64,000 nucleotides of DNA from Candidatus Krumholzibacteriota bacterium (GCA_963764625.1 CAVXTH010000006.1:740973-804972), one strand, 5' to 3'; positions 48,403 through 58,963 are shown, counted from the first letter of the stretch. Numbers and translations are program-made. The notes: generated from the letters alone by a model not told the origin.

Positions 48403-49137
48403 TCAATGCGGCGGAATTCTCGCGGCGTTCTCGAGCTTCTCGAGCTCGGTTCCGAGCACTTCCCGCGCCGCTCCGGGCGCAAGCTCTCCCAGCTCCACCG
48501 GGCCGATGGCTTCACGCTGCAGTTCCAGGACCTCGCGGCCAAGGGCCGCGCACATCCGGCGAATCTGCCGCGTGCGCCCCTCTCGCAACTCCACCCTATA
48601 GCAAGCGCTTCCTTCGGCCGGGCCGATCTTGGCCGGCGCGGTGGGACGTCCGTCGAGGCTGAGGCCACTCTCGGCGAACGCGCGCTGCGCCGACGCGGAG
48701 AGCTCTCGATCCAGACGAATGCGATAGCGTTTCCATACCGGATGCGAGGGATGCATGAGGGAATTCGCGAGTTCCCCATCGTCGCTCAAAAGAAGGAGTC
48801 CGGAGGAATCCCGGTCGAGCCGACCCAGATGGAAGAAACGTCCGTCCAGAAGTTCGGGCGGCAACACATCCAGCAGGCAGGGTGCCTGCCCCTGACGCGC
48901 AAGAGAAGAGATGACGCCCAGAGGCTTGTGGAAGGCGAAGACCCGGCCACTGGTGGCGGCCTCGACCGCCTTCCCGTCCAGTTCCACCCTGTCGTGCCTG
49001 GGATCGACTCGAGTCGCGAGTTCGTGCACGACTTCGCCGTTCAGACGAATCCTACCCTCGCGGATCAGGTCTTCCACCCGACGGCGCGAGCCCAAACCCG
49101 CCTGGGAGAGAAAGCGGTTAATCCGCAGCGCCTTCAC
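48403..49137 (-). CDS. rRNA pseudouridine synthase (RsuA/RluB family)
   Basis: S4 domain INRFLSQAGLGSRR. Catalytic RLDRDSSGLLLLSDDGE. Confidence 0.85.
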   Translation of the reverse strand: MKALRINRFLSQAGLGSRRRVEDLIREGRIRLNGEVVHELATRVDPRHDRVELDGKAVEAATSGRVFAFHKPLGVISSLARQGQAPCLLDVLPPELLDGRFFHLGRLDRDSSGLLLLSDDGELANSLMHPSHPVWKRYRIRLDRELSASAQRAFAESGLSLDGRPTAPAKIGPAEGSACYRVELREGRTRQIRRMCAALGREVLELQREAIGPVELGELAPGAAREVLGTELEKLENAARIPPH

Positions 49138-49792
49138 TGCGGCTCAAGCTCGCTTCGGAATCGGCGGCTTCGGGCGCCACGTCTTCCAGTGGCTGAGGCG
49201 GATTCACGACCGCTTCGAATTCTTCGTCGGTGATCTCTTCGCCCAGGATGACCGCGAGCTGCTTGATCTCCTCTTTCTCCGCGAGAAGGTCCTCGAGCTC
49301 GCTCAAGCGCGGCAGCTCTTTCAGGCTGCGCAGCCCCAGGTACTCCAGGAAAATGGAGGTGGTGCCGTAGAGGAGCGGGCTCCCCAGACCCTCCGCCCTC
49401 CCCACGATTTCCACCAGCTCGCGCTCCATGAGGGTTCCGAGCACGCCCTGGGCCTGGATGCCGCGGATCTCCTCGATCTCCAGCCGCGTCACCGGCTGCT
49501 TGTAGGCGATAATCGAGAGCACTTCCAACGCCGGCTTCGAGAGCCGCAGCTTTCGGCGACCCTTGTAGAGTCTCTTGACCGTGGGGGCGTATTCCGGACG
49601 GGTGGCAATGCTGTACCCCCCGCCGAATTCCACGATGGTGAATGCGTGTTCGTCGCGGTCGTATTCGGCCCGCAATTCGTCCAAGGCACTCTTGAGAGCG
49701 CTTCGTTCCACCTGGGGAAAGAAGCCCGAGAGTCGCGCGAGGCTGAGCGGTTGATCGGTCGCAAAGAGAAGAGCTTCGAGCTCACGTCGCAT
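49118..49792 (-). CDS. scpB: segregation and condensation protein B
   Basis: ATG 49792. LEALLFATDQPLSL, ITRLEIEEIRG-type winged helix. Confidence 0.85.
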   Translation of the reverse strand: MRRELEALLFATDQPLSLARLSGFFPQVERSALKSALDELRAEYDRDEHAFTIVEFGGGYSIATRPEYAPTVKRLYKGRRKLRLSKPALEVLSIIAYKQPVTRLEIEEIRGIQAQGVLGTLMERELVEIVGRAEGLGSPLLYGTTSIFLEYLGLRSLKELPRLSELEDLLAEKEEIKQLAVILGEEITDEEFEAVVNPPQPLEDVAPEAADSEASLSRSEGAAD

Positions 49793-50783
49793 GGCTTGCC
49801 TTCTGCTCGACGGTTTCAGTTGGTTGCTTCGCCCTCTTGCGCTTGGCTCCATTGCCACGGGGGTCCGAGGACTTGGCGACTTCGGCAGGATAGAGCCAGA
49901 TCTCTCCATAGGGGTCGATCTGGCGCGCCCACAGAAGTCCTTGGCGGATGAGTTCGAGCATGGCCACGAAGGTCACCACGACTTCCATCTTGCACGAGGC
50001 CGAGGTGAAGATCTCGTCGAAGCGAACTCCCTTGGTCTCGGCGAGCAAACCCTGCAGTTTCTCCGCCTGTTCCTCGACCGTGTACACCATGTTGTAGACG
50101 TGGTGCAGCTGATCGCCTTTGAGGGAATCGAGGATCTCTTTCACCGAGCCCAACAGATCGAACAAGGACAAACTGAACTCGGCCGGCTCCTGGGGAATCT
50201 GATCGCGGAAGGGATATTCGAGGGGCCTCAGGAAATACTGGCGCCGCTGTTCTTCCGCCTCGGCGAGGGAGTGGGCTGCTTCCTTGTATTTCTTGTACTC
50301 CAGGAGACGACGCACCAGTTCGTCCCGGGGATCCGCACCGTCATCCTCCTCATCCGGTCTCTGGACCGGCAACAGGAGGCGGGCCTTGATCCGCATGAGG
50401 GTCGCCGCCATCACCAGAAATTCCCCGGCGTTTTCCAGATCGAGAGTATGAAGGTCCTCGATGAACACCAGGTACTGTTCGGTGATGTGGGCGATGGGAA
50501 TGTCGTAGATGTCGATCTCGTCGCGCTGGATGAGGTACAGCAGGAGATCGAGGGGACCCTCGAAGCGGTCGAGCTGGATGGTGTAGCCCCCGTTCCGGCT
50601 GCCTCCGGGAGCCTGACTCGCCTCCCATCCGGATACGGCGGAATCACTCTTGACGGCAGCAGCGTTCTCGCCTGCGCGAGGGAGGATCATCGGCGGCTCC
50701 AAGACTGCGGTGAGCCCCTGCGCTTTGGTCCGGGAATCGCCGGCCGAAGCTCCGCTGGGCTCTGGTTGGTGGGGCTTGCGCAA
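49782..50783 (-). CDS. scpA: segregation and condensation protein A
   Basis: FEGPLDLLLYLIQRDEIDIYDIPIAHIT. About 70 aa of low-complexity N-terminus, so the true start may be internal. Confidence 0.85.
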   Translation of the reverse strand: MRKPHQPEPSGASAGDSRTKAQGLTAVLEPPMILPRAGENAAAVKSDSAVSGWEASQAPGGSRNGGYTIQLDRFEGPLDLLLYLIQRDEIDIYDIPIAHITEQYLVFIEDLHTLDLENAGEFLVMAATLMRIKARLLLPVQRPDEEDDGADPRDELVRRLLEYKKYKEAAHSLAEAEEQRRQYFLRPLEYPFRDQIPQEPAEFSLSLFDLLGSVKEILDSLKGDQLHHVYNMVYTVEEQAEKLQGLLAETKGVRFDEIFTSASCKMEVVVTFVAMLELIRQGLLWARQIDPYGEIWLYPAEVAKSSDPRGNGAKRKRAKQPTETVEQKASHAT

Positions 50784-50807
50784 GCTAGCAGAGGGCGCGC
50801 ACGCACG

Positions 50808-51761
50808 TCAACCCTCCTCCCTCTTGTGCCTTCGGGCCCGGGGATGGTGCAAGAGGTGCTGCTCGCGCACGTAATCGCGGTCGAGGTGGGTGTAGATCTG
50901 GGTAGTCGCGACACTGCTATGCCCCAGGAGTTCCTGGACCACTCTCAGGTCCGCCCCGCCCAAAAGGAGATGGGTGGCGAAGGAGTGACGGAGTACGTGG
51001 GGCGTGACTCGATCCGCCAGCCCCGCGGCCCGCGCGTGCTTGCGTAAAATCTTCCACAACCCCACGCGGCTCAATCCGCCTCCGCGCGCGTTCACGAACA
51101 CTCTCTCCTTCGCCGCCGCCTTGACCAGAAGAGGGCGGGCCTCGCGCAAGTACTCGATGAGCGCCGCCCGCGCCGGCCCTCCCAGGGGGATCTGTCGTTC
51201 CTTGTTCCCCTTGCCCCGAACCCTCACCAGGGCCTGCTGGAGGTCGACGCCCCGCCGGGGGAGCCCGCACAGCTCGCTGGCGCGCAAACCGCAGGCGTAG
51301 AGGAGCTCCAGAATCGCCCGGTCACGAACTCCCAGAGGAGTCGAAGCGACCGGGACCTCGAGCAGTCGCAGGACCTCCTCCACCCGGAGGGTGTGGGGAA
51401 GTTTACGCGGAAGCTTCGGACCGCTCAGATTCTCGGTGGGATCCCGTAAGGCGAGTCCGGCCTCGCTGAGGTAGCGGTGGTAGCCCTTCAGCGTGGAGAG
51501 AAGCCGGGACCGGCTCCGCGCGCCCAGACCGTTCGCTTCCCGGTGGCTCAAAAAGGACAGCACCAGCTCGCTTCCCACTTCGCTGGGTTCGCGCACTCCC
51601 TCGCCTTCAAGATAATCCAGGTAGTCCCTGAGATCGCGCGAGTAGCTCTCGAGGGTGTTGGGTGAAGCTCCCTGCTCCACGTCCAGCGCCAGAAGAAACG
51701 CGTCGCCCGCCAAGAGAAAGGGCGAAGGTCGATCTCCTTTTGTAGCCGGCAAACGCACCAT
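50808..51761 (-). CDS. xerD: site-specific tyrosine recombinase XerD
   Basis: HVLRHSFATHLLLGGADLRVVQELLGHSSVATTQIYTH. Confidence 0.85.
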   Translation of the reverse strand: MVRLPATKGDRPSPFLLAGDAFLLALDVEQGASPNTLESYSRDLRDYLDYLEGEGVREPSEVGSELVLSFLSHREANGLGARSRSRLLSTLKGYHRYLSEAGLALRDPTENLSGPKLPRKLPHTLRVEEVLRLLEVPVASTPLGVRDRAILELLYACGLRASELCGLPRRGVDLQQALVRVRGKGNKERQIPLGGPARAALIEYLREARPLLVKAAAKERVFVNARGGGLSRVGLWKILRKHARAAGLADRVTPHVLRHSFATHLLLGGADLRVVQELLGHSSVATTQIYTHLDRDYVREQHLLHHPRARRHKREEG

Positions 51762-51763
51762 GC

Positions 51764-53590
51764 TCAGCTGTTCCTCCGGTTGAAGAACGCGAGGATGCGT
51801 TCGGCGTCGCCGTTTCCGATCCCCTCGACCGCGGTCAGATCCCGCGCCTTGGCCTTGGCGACTTCATCCACCGATCCGAAACGCAGCAGGAGTGCTCGTT
51901 TCTTCTTGGCTCCGATCCCGGGAATCTCGTCGAGCAGGCTCTTCTTCATTTCCTTGCCACGCAGATTGCGGTGGTAGCTCACGGCGAAACGATGGGCCTC
52001 GTCGCGCGCTCGTTGCAGCAGCTTCAAGCCAGTGGAACTCCTGGGCAGACGCACCGGATCTCGCTGCTTCGGCAGGTAGATTTCCTCGTGTTTCTTGGCC
52101 AATCCCACTACCGCGGTTTCGACGAATCCGTAGCGGCTCAGGGTGGAGACCGCAACCGAAAGCTGCCCCGCTCCGCCGTCCACCACCACCAGGTCGGCCG
52201 GGAGTTTGTCCTCGTCGCGCAGACGGCTGTAATAGCGCTCCAGGACCTCCTGCATCATCGCGAAGTCGTCGATGCCTTCGGCCTGTTGGATCCGAAAACG
52301 GCGGTAGCGGCTCTTGAGCGGCTCACCCGCCTGAAAGTAGACCAGTGAACCGACGCGCTTGCTCCCCTGAATGTGACTCATGTCGAAACACTCGATGCTC
52401 CACGGCGCCACCGGCAGGTTGAGACGCTGCTTGAGATCCAGGACCGAGGGCACCTCCTTGCGCTGGGGAGTGGTGCGGCCCAATCGCTCGCGCAGCTTCC
52501 AGCGCGCGTTGGAGCAGGCCATTTCGACCAGGCGTTTCGCCTTGCCGCGCTGCGCCACGCGCAGATGCACCCGCCGCCCCAGACGTTCCCCCAGGACCTC
52601 CTCCCAGTGCTCCATCTGTGGGATCTCCTGCAGCAGCATCACCTCTCGCCCCCCGTGGCGCTGGCTGCTGAAGACCGAAGAGGTGAAGCGCTGAAAGAAC
52701 TCCTCGAGCTCGCTCTCCCGCGAGGACGAGAAGAAGTAAGCCTCGGAGTGGAGGAGCTTCCCGTCGCGCACTCGCAGCACCACCCCGCACGCCTGCCTTC
52801 CTTCGCGATCGAGCCCAAAAGCGTCGACCTCGCGCCCTTCGTCCCAAACTACCTCCTGCCGGGAGTCGAGTCGCCGCACCGCCTCGATCTGGTCCCGTAG
52901 TCGCGCCGCTTCTTCGAATCGGAGCGCCTCGCTGGCCGCGTTCATCCGCTGAGCAAGCGTGTCGAGCAGGCCGCGGCTTTGGCCGGAGAGAAAGAGCCGC
53001 ACTTGCTCCACCAGGGCCGCGTAGGATTCGCGGTCGATATAGTTCACGCAGGGGGCATCGCAACGTTTGATGTGGTAGTCCAGGCACGGCCGCGGAACGA
53101 TCTCCTCGGGCAAGCGCAGCGCGCAGGTGCGGATGCGAAACACCTGACCGATGGTCTTGAGAGTCTGCCGCATGGCCTTCGCATTGGTATAGGGCCCGTA
53201 GTATTCCTCCCCGTCGTCCTTGGGCCTGCGCACCACGCTGAGGCGGGGAAAGGGTTCCTTCACGCTCAGCTTCAGCCAGGGATAGCGCTTGTCATCCTTG
53301 AGCCTGATGTTGTACCGCGGCTTGAATTCCTTGATCAGCTGGTCCTCGAGAAGCAAGGCCTCGCGCTCGTTGGTGGTGACCACGTAGTCAAAATCGGCGA
53401 TCCGGCGGGCCAGGGAGGCCGTCTTGGTGTCGAGCGTGCTCTCTGGCGCGAAGTAGGAACGGACGCGAACCGCCAAGCGCGCCGCCTTCCCCACGTAGAT
53501 CACCCGGCCGTGCTCGTCCTTCATGAGGTACACGCCGGGCGACTCGGAGAGTCCCTCGAGTTTCGAAAAGAGAGGGTGCTCAGGATTCAT
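51764..53590 (-). CDS. uvrC: excinuclease ABC subunit C
   Basis: GIY-YIG (GVYLMKDEHGRVIYVGKA), UVR domain, C-terminal (HhH)2. Confidence 0.95.
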   Translation of the reverse strand: MNPEHPLFSKLEGLSESPGVYLMKDEHGRVIYVGKAARLAVRVRSYFAPESTLDTKTASLARRIADFDYVVTTNEREALLLEDQLIKEFKPRYNIRLKDDKRYPWLKLSVKEPFPRLSVVRRPKDDGEEYYGPYTNAKAMRQTLKTIGQVFRIRTCALRLPEEIVPRPCLDYHIKRCDAPCVNYIDRESYAALVEQVRLFLSGQSRGLLDTLAQRMNAASEALRFEEAARLRDQIEAVRRLDSRQEVVWDEGREVDAFGLDREGRQACGVVLRVRDGKLLHSEAYFFSSSRESELEEFFQRFTSSVFSSQRHGGREVMLLQEIPQMEHWEEVLGERLGRRVHLRVAQRGKAKRLVEMACSNARWKLRERLGRTTPQRKEVPSVLDLKQRLNLPVAPWSIECFDMSHIQGSKRVGSLVYFQAGEPLKSRYRRFRIQQAEGIDDFAMMQEVLERYYSRLRDEDKLPADLVVVDGGAGQLSVAVSTLSRYGFVETAVVGLAKKHEEIYLPKQRDPVRLPRSSTGLKLLQRARDEAHRFAVSYHRNLRGKEMKKSLLDEIPGIGAKKKRALLLRFGSVDEVAKAKARDLTAVEGIGNGDAERILAFFNRRNS

Positions 53591-53636
53591 TGCAGGCCGC
53601 CGAGAGTCCGCATCTTGCCAACCCAGGCGCCCCGGC

Positions 53637-53665
53637 TTGACAGGCAGGGGCCCTTGGGCTATCGT
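53637..53665 (+). promoter_or_regulatory. sigma-70-like promoter TTGACA-17-TATCGT for rpsT
   Basis: Perfect -35 hexamer at 53637-53642 and 17-nt spacer. A CTCTCC-ctcg-GGAGAG hairpin at 53674-53689 lies in the leader. Confidence 0.5.
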
Positions 53666-53751
53666 TTTGCCCGCTCTCCCTCGGGAGAGTTCTCTTATAC
53701 ATAGCTCGAATCCGTCGCTCAGTGCGACTTCAAAGTCAAGGATGGTCCGCG

Positions 53752-54015
53752 GTGCCTCACAACAAGTCGGCGAAGAAGCGTGTGAAGACCAATGAACTGA
53801 GGCGTCAGCGCAACGTTGCGCGCGGAAGCCGTCTGCGTCACGCGATTCGCGATCTCCGCCAGCATTCCACGACAGAGGGCGCGGCCAAGGAAGAGCTGAT
53901 GCTCGAGTTCCGGAAAGTCAGTGGGCTCTTGGACAAGATGGCGAACAAGGGATTCATTCACAAGAACAAGGCCGCCCGGCTCAAGAGCCGCCTCGTGCCC
54001 CGCGCCGAATCCTGA
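53752..54015 (+). CDS. rpsT: 30S ribosomal protein S20
   Basis: GTG 53752 gives (M)PHNKSAKKRVK, the canonical S20 N-terminus. KGFIHKNKAARLKSRL. Confidence 0.9.
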   Translation: MPHNKSAKKRVKTNELRRQRNVARGSRLRHAIRDLRQHSTTEGAAKEELMLEFRKVSGLLDKMANKGFIHKNKAARLKSRLVPRAES

Positions 54016-54049
54016 CTCCGCTCCCCGTTTTGATTTCGGTTTCTTGGAC

Positions 54050-54074
54050 ACGCCAGCCTCGAGCTGGCGTTTTC
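54050..54074 (+). terminator. intrinsic terminator of rpsT
   Basis: ACGCCAGC-ctcga-GCTGGCGT followed by TTTT. Confidence 0.7.
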
Positions 54075-54120
54075 CATATCCCCGCTCCTTCTACCCCTGG
54101 CTTGCGGTTCAGGCTCCGCC

Positions 54121-54954
54121 TCAGCCGGGATCGACGCTCTCGTCCCACACGAAGCGGGAGCTGAAGACCTCGACCACCGGACCCTCCAGCATCCAAGCTT
54201 CCTCTTGGGGTTGCACCTGGATCTCGTCGCCGCCGCGGGTGTGAAGCCGCACCGGCTCTCCTTTGGGCGCGAGCCCGTGGAGTGCGGCCACGCTGGCGAT
54301 ACAGCCGCTGCCACAGGCCCAGGTTTCCCCTTCGACCCCGCGCTCGAAGGAGCGGATGCGCCAGCTGTGGGGCCCGCGGTGGACGAAGTGGACGTTCGTG
54401 CCCTCGGCAAAGCGGGAAGTCCACCAGCGCAAGGGGCGCGCGAGCGCCTCGAACTCATTCGAATCGAGCACTCCATTCTCCACCTCGACCACCAGGTGAG
54501 GGTCTCCCGTATTCACCTCGTGGCCGTTGCGCGCCACCGAACCTTGGGGGAGTTCCAGACGCTCACTCGAACACTTCGGAGCCGCGAACCACAGGCGTAC
54601 GCGCGCGCCCTCCTGAAGAATCTGCGCCTCGATGGATCCGTACTCGCTGAGGAAAGAAAAACGCTCGCCGCACCAACCCAGACGCCACGCCCTGAGAGCG
54701 CAGCAGCGCGCGCCATTGAAGCACATCTCGCAGTAGCTTCCGTCCAGGTTGTAGAAGTACATGCGGAACACCGGGGAGCCGACACCCTTTTCCTTCAGGC
54801 GTTCCATGAACAGAGCCCCGTCGCCTCCGATCCCCTTTCGGCGATGACAGAGGGCTCGCACCAGGGCGGCATCGCGCGGCGGTTTCGGAGGCGCTTCCTC
54901 CAGAATGACGAAGTCGTTGGCGGCGCCGTGCATCTTCGCGAAACGAAGTTCCAT
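54121..54954 (-). CDS. dapF: diaminopimelate epimerase
   Basis: ATG 54954. FAKMHGAANDFVIL. Catalytic Cys motifs CFNGARC and CGSGCIAS. Confidence 0.9.
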   Translation of the reverse strand: MELRFAKMHGAANDFVILEEAPPKPPRDAALVRALCHRRKGIGGDGALFMERLKEKGVGSPVFRMYFYNLDGSYCEMCFNGARCCALRAWRLGWCGERFSFLSEYGSIEAQILQEGARVRLWFAAPKCSSERLELPQGSVARNGHEVNTGDPHLVVEVENGVLDSNEFEALARPLRWWTSRFAEGTNVHFVHRGPHSWRIRSFERGVEGETWACGSGCIASVAALHGLAPKGEPVRLHTRGGDEIQVQPQEEAWMLEGPVVEVFSSRFVWDESVDPG

Positions 54955-54965
54955 GGAAACTCCTC

Positions 54966-55607
54966 TCAGGGCGCGGCCTCCAGAAAGACCGAACGGGGCA
55001 AGGGAGGGGTGCGCATGCTGTCCAGCACCGTCCACTCGAGTCTCTCGGTGGGTCGCGGCAAGGCGAGCGTGTCGGGTGTGGCCGGTTGCAGCTTTACTGT
55101 CGTCTCAGCGCTGAAGGGTTCGCTCAGCCCCTTCTCGTCGGGACCGAAGTGACTGTCCCCGTCGAGGTCCAGCCAAACCGAGACCCGGTACTCTCCGGGC
55201 GTGAGCTTGGACTGGTTGCACCCCAGGGTGTCCATGGTGACGGTTTGCACTTTCGCCTCCTCCACTCCGATGGGTCTTATGGCGGCGCGAAACAAGAGAG
55301 TGTCCGTCTCGTCCTTCTCCACGCAGATCAAGAGACCCACCGGAGCCTCCAGGTCGATTAGGGTGAGCGGACCCAGATCCAGGACCGTCTCCCCCGCGCG
55401 CAGGTACACCGAATCTCTCTCGGCGGTGGGCTCGCGGGTATCCCGCTTGCCGTTCTGATTCTTGTCCTCGAAGACCTGTAGCGCGTAGGGACCGGAGGGC
55501 GACGCGAGCAGACCGAGCCGGAAGAACCCCAGTTCGTTCGGGGCCACCATCCGCCACAGGGTTGGTTTCTTGGCGTCCTCAGAGCCCAGGATGCTCAGTT
55601 GCGCCAC
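54966..55607 (-). CDS. C-terminal fragment ORF of an Ig-like-domain lipoprotein
   Basis: Starts at GTG inside the 29-nt overlap with ORF 55579..56145. FFRLGLLASPSGPYALQVFEDKNQNGKRD resembles the beta-sandwich part that normally follows the Ig-like domain in one polypeptide. Confidence 0.5.
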   Translation of the reverse strand: MAQLSILGSEDAKKPTLWRMVAPNELGFFRLGLLASPSGPYALQVFEDKNQNGKRDTREPTAERDSVYLRAGETVLDLGPLTLIDLEAPVGLLICVEKDETDTLLFRAAIRPIGVEEAKVQTVTMDTLGCNQSKLTPGEYRVSVWLDLDGDSHFGPDEKGLSEPFSAETTVKLQPATPDTLALPRPTERLEWTVLDSMRTPPLPRSVFLEAAP

Positions 55608-56100
55608 GACCTGCTCGAGTTTGAGACTCCTCCCCCTGCACCTGTCCTTTGATGAGACCGGAGGGAATGGTATCTCCGGTGGTGAAGGCGCCGCTCACCG
55701 GCGCGCCCAGCTTCACGTTGTGCCGGTCGGTGAGAGTCGGAAGCAGAGTCCACACGACCAGTGTGTCCCTGGGCCAGCCGGATTCCGGATGCACCGTCAC
55801 CCGGGTCGCGTCGAAACCAATGTCTCGCAAGCGAATTTCGGGCGCAAAGTGAAGCCCGCTGCGAAAGCCTCGTCGATCCACTTTTTCGCTGAATTCGAGC
55901 ACGAGCGGAGCCAGAGGGTCGACTCTCAGGGCGAGACTGCCCGGCTCGGCGGAGAGGAAACGCGGCGGGATCTCATCCACCGGACCTCCGGGCGGCGGAC
56001 CCGTCTGCGCGCAAGCCGACACCGCCAGCGCCACGAGCGCGCACACGCATTGAGCCCACAGCTCACCCCATGAGGTGGTAGAGTAGCGCTCTCTGTACAT
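55579..56100 (-). CDS. N-terminal fragment: lipoprotein with SbsA/Big_5-type Ig-like domain
   Basis: ATG 56100. Lipobox LAVSAC. TGPPPGGPVDEIPPRFLSAEP...LEFSEKV. Ends shortly after a G5 run. Confidence 0.55.
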   Translation of the reverse strand: MYRERYSTTSWGELWAQCVCALVALAVSACAQTGPPPGGPVDEIPPRFLSAEPGSLALRVDPLAPLVLEFSEKVDRRGFRSGLHFAPEIRLRDIGFDATRVTVHPESGWPRDTLVVWTLLPTLTDRHNVKLGAPVSGAFTTGDTIPSGLIKGQVQGEESQTRAGRGATEHPGL

Positions 56101-56986
56101 GCAGCCGGTTCTCCGCTTCGTCGTAGACTCGACTCGCCGGGCCATCCATCACTCCGTCGGTGATCTCCATGCCGCGGTGGGCTGGGAGACAGTGCAAGAC
56201 AATGGCCTCCTTCTTCGCCCCCGACAAGAGTTCTTCGTTCACCTGGTAGTCGGCAAAGACTTTGGCGCGCGCCTCCGCCTCGGCCTCCTGTCCCATGCTG
56301 GCCCAGACGTCGGTGTAGACCACGTCCGCGTCGCGAACCGCCTGGCGGGGATCGCTCGTGATCTGTAGATCGAGCGAGCCTCGCGTCTTGGCCCGCTCGA
56401 CCACGGCGGGATCCGGCTCATAGTCGTTGGGGGTGCAGATCACCAAGGCGAAGTCGAGCAAGGCCGCCGCGTTGATCCAGGAGTGCGCGATGTTGTTCCC
56501 GTCCCCCACGTACACCACTTTCTTCCCGTCGATGCCGCCCAGTTCCTCAACGATGGTGAAGACATCGGCCAGGATCTGACAGGGATGCGCGAGATCGGTG
56601 AGGCCGTTCACCACCGGAATGCTCGCCGCGGCCGCCAATCGCTCCACCATTGCGTGCTCGAAGGTCCGGATCATGATTCCGTCCACGAGGCGGCTGAGGA
56701 CTTTAGCCACGTCCTCCACCGTTTCCCGGCTGCCCAGACCGATTTCCTTTTCCGTGATGTAGAGCGAATCGCCGCCCAGCTGACGAATCGCCACCTCGAA
56801 GGAGATTCGGGTGCGAAGGCTCGGCTTGTGGAAAATGCAGGCCAGAGTACGATTGGGGTGGCTCGCCGCCAGCGTGTGTGCGCGGGCTTTCGGCTTCTGC
56901 TCGCGCGTGGTCTGAAACAGGGTCTTCAGATCTTCGCGGCTGAGATCGAGAATGGTCACCAGGTCCTTGTTGGACAGTTTCTTCAT
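56063..56986 (-). CDS. argF: ornithine carbamoyltransferase
   Basis: ATG 56986. SLRTRISFE, HPCQILAD, DVWASMGQE, HCLPAHRG. Confidence 0.9.
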   Translation of the reverse strand: MKKLSNKDLVTILDLSREDLKTLFQTTREQKPKARAHTLAASHPNRTLACIFHKPSLRTRISFEVAIRQLGGDSLYITEKEIGLGSRETVEDVAKVLSRLVDGIMIRTFEHAMVERLAAAASIPVVNGLTDLAHPCQILADVFTIVEELGGIDGKKVVYVGDGNNIAHSWINAAALLDFALVICTPNDYEPDPAVVERAKTRGSLDLQITSDPRQAVRDADVVYTDVWASMGQEAEAEARAKVFADYQVNEELLSGAKKEAIVLHCLPAHRGMEITDGVMDGPASRVYDEAENRLHVQRALLYHLMG

Positions 56987-57017
56987 GCCGATTCCTTCCA
57001 CTTGGCGGCCGTCTACC

Positions 57018-58412
57018 CTAGAGAATGAAGCGACTCAAGTCCTCGTCCTTGACGATCCGCATGAGTTTTTCGTCGACGAATTTCTTGTCGATCACGATGC
57101 GGGTCGGTGGCGGAGTCTCCCCGCTGGTGGGCGGCAACTCGAAGAGCATTTCGTCCAAAAGCGAAGTCATGATGGTGTGAAGGCGTCTGGCTCCGATGTT
57201 CTCCTGACTCCGATTCACTTCCCAGGCGATCCGTCCGATTTCCTCGTAGGCCTCGATCTGGAACACGAGCTCGCATCCCTCGGTGTGCAGCAGCGCCTGA
57301 TATTGTCGGGGCAGCGAATTCTCTGGTTCGCGCAGGATCCGCACGAAGTCTTCCTGGGAGAGACTCTTCAGTTCCACGCGGATGGGAAACCGCCCCTGCA
57401 GCTCCGGGATCAGATCGCTCGGCTTGCTCATGTGGAAGGCCCCGGCCGCGATGAAGAGAACGTGGTCGGTGGAGACCGCGCCGTACTTCGTCTGCACCGT
57501 CGCTCCTTCCACCACCGGCAAGAGGTCGCGCTGCACGCCCTCGCGGCTCACGTCAATTCCGGTGGACTCCCTGCGGCTCGCGATCTTGTCGATCTCGTCC
57601 AGGAAGATGATCCCCGAACTCTCCGTGCGCTGGAGAGCCTCCGTCGTCACCTTCTCCATGTCGATACGGCGATCGAGCTCCTCTTCGCGCAAGAGCCGCC
57701 GCGCCTCGGACAGGGGGACCTGGCGCGACTTGCGTTGCTTGGGAAAGAGACTCTTGAGGGCATCGCCCAGCCCCGACTCGAGAAGTTCGTCCCCGCCGGT
57801 CGAGAGAATACCGAACTGAGCCCCCGGACGGGTGGTGATCTCGACCGTGACTTCGCGCTCTTCCAGTTCTTTCGCGCGGAGCTGCGCGCGCAGCTTCTCG
57901 CGGCTCCTCTTCCACCGCTCCTCGGTCTCGGGGCTGGTCTCCCTGAGCGAAGGAAGCAAGAGGTCGAGGAGACGCTCCTCGACCGAGGCCGAGGTAGTCT
58001 CTTCCACTTCCTCGGTCATCTCCTGACGCACGATCCCGACCGCGACCTCCACCAGGTCGCGTACCATGCTCTCGACGTCGCGCCCCACGTACCCGCGCTC
58101 GGTGAATTTCGTCGCTTCCACTTTCACGAACGGCGCCCCGGCCACCCGGGCCAGGCGCCGGGCGATTTCCGTCTTTCCCACTCCGGTGGGGCCGATCATC
58201 AAAATGTTGTTGGGGATGATCTCCTCGCGCATCGGCTGTGGCACTCGCATACGGCGCCACCGGTTGCGCAGAGCGATGGCGACCGCGCGTTTCGCGTCGT
58301 CCTGGCCCACCACGTAGCGATCGAGTTCGGACACGATCTGACGCGGGGTCAACTTATCGCCCCCCAGATGAGCCATGCCCATCTTGTCGATTGCGATGAT
58401 CTTCTCACTCAT
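57018..58412 (-). CDS. hslU: ATP-dependent protease ATPase subunit HslU
   Basis: [53 protein letters not shown] overlap with the hslV stop. Confidence 0.95.
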   Translation of the reverse strand: MSEKIIAIDKMGMAHLGGDKLTPRQIVSELDRYVVGQDDAKRAVAIALRNRWRRMRVPQPMREEIIPNNILMIGPTGVGKTEIARRLARVAGAPFVKVEATKFTERGYVGRDVESMVRDLVEVAVGIVRQEMTEEVEETTSASVEERLLDLLLPSLRETSPETEERWKRSREKLRAQLRAKELEEREVTVEITTRPGAQFGILSTGGDELLESGLGDALKSLFPKQRKSRQVPLSEARRLLREEELDRRIDMEKVTTEALQRTESSGIIFLDEIDKIASRRESTGIDVSREGVQRDLLPVVEGATVQTKYGAVSTDHVLFIAAGAFHMSKPSDLIPELQGRFPIRVELKSLSQEDFVRILREPENSLPRQYQALLHTEGCELVFQIEAYEEIGRIAWEVNRSQENIGARRLHTIMTSLLDEMLFELPPTSGETPPPTRIVIDKKFVDEKLMRIVKDEDLSRFIL

Positions 58413-58963
58413 TCCCTGGAGTCCTTCAACTGTAGAGTCGTGATCTTGTCGTTCGTATAGATACAGATTCCCGCCGCAATCTGCAGGGACTCACGGCAAA
58501 TTTCCTCCGCGCTCAATTCGGTGTGCAAACGCAAGGCTCGCGCGGCGGCCAGGGCGTACGACCCTCCGCTTCCAATGGCGATGAGATCGTCGTCCGGTTC
58601 GATCACGTCGCCGCTGCCCGAGATGATGAAGGAGTGCTCGAGGTCCATCACCGCCAGGAGCGCCTCGAGCCGCCGGAGCACGCGGTCACTCCGCCACTCC
58701 TTGGCCAGCGCCACCGCCGCCCGGGGCAGATTGCCCCCCTTGACGTCGAGATGCCCCTCGAATTTTTCGAAGAGGGTGAAGGCGTCCGCGGTACTTCCGG
58801 CGAAGCCCGAGAGAATCTTTCCGTCCTGCAGGGTGCGCACCTTGCTCGCGCCCCACTTCATGGTGACTTCGCCGAAAGTGACTTGACCGTCGCCGCCGAT
58901 GCATACGTCATGGCCACGACGAACTCCCAGTATGGTGGTCCCATGAATCTCCTGTGGATTCAC
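58409..58963 (-). CDS. hslV: ATP-dependent protease subunit HslV
   Basis: [10 protein letters not shown]...GGDGQVT N-terminal Thr protease signature. Confidence 0.95.
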   Translation of the reverse strand: MNPQEIHGTTILGVRRGHDVCIGGDGQVTFGEVTMKWGASKVRTLQDGKILSGFAGSTADAFTLFEKFEGHLDVKGGNLPRAAVALAKEWRSDRVLRRLEALLAVMDLEHSFIISGSGDVIEPDDDLIAIGSGGSYALAAARALRLHTELSAEEICRESLQIAAGICIYTNDKITTLQLKDSRE

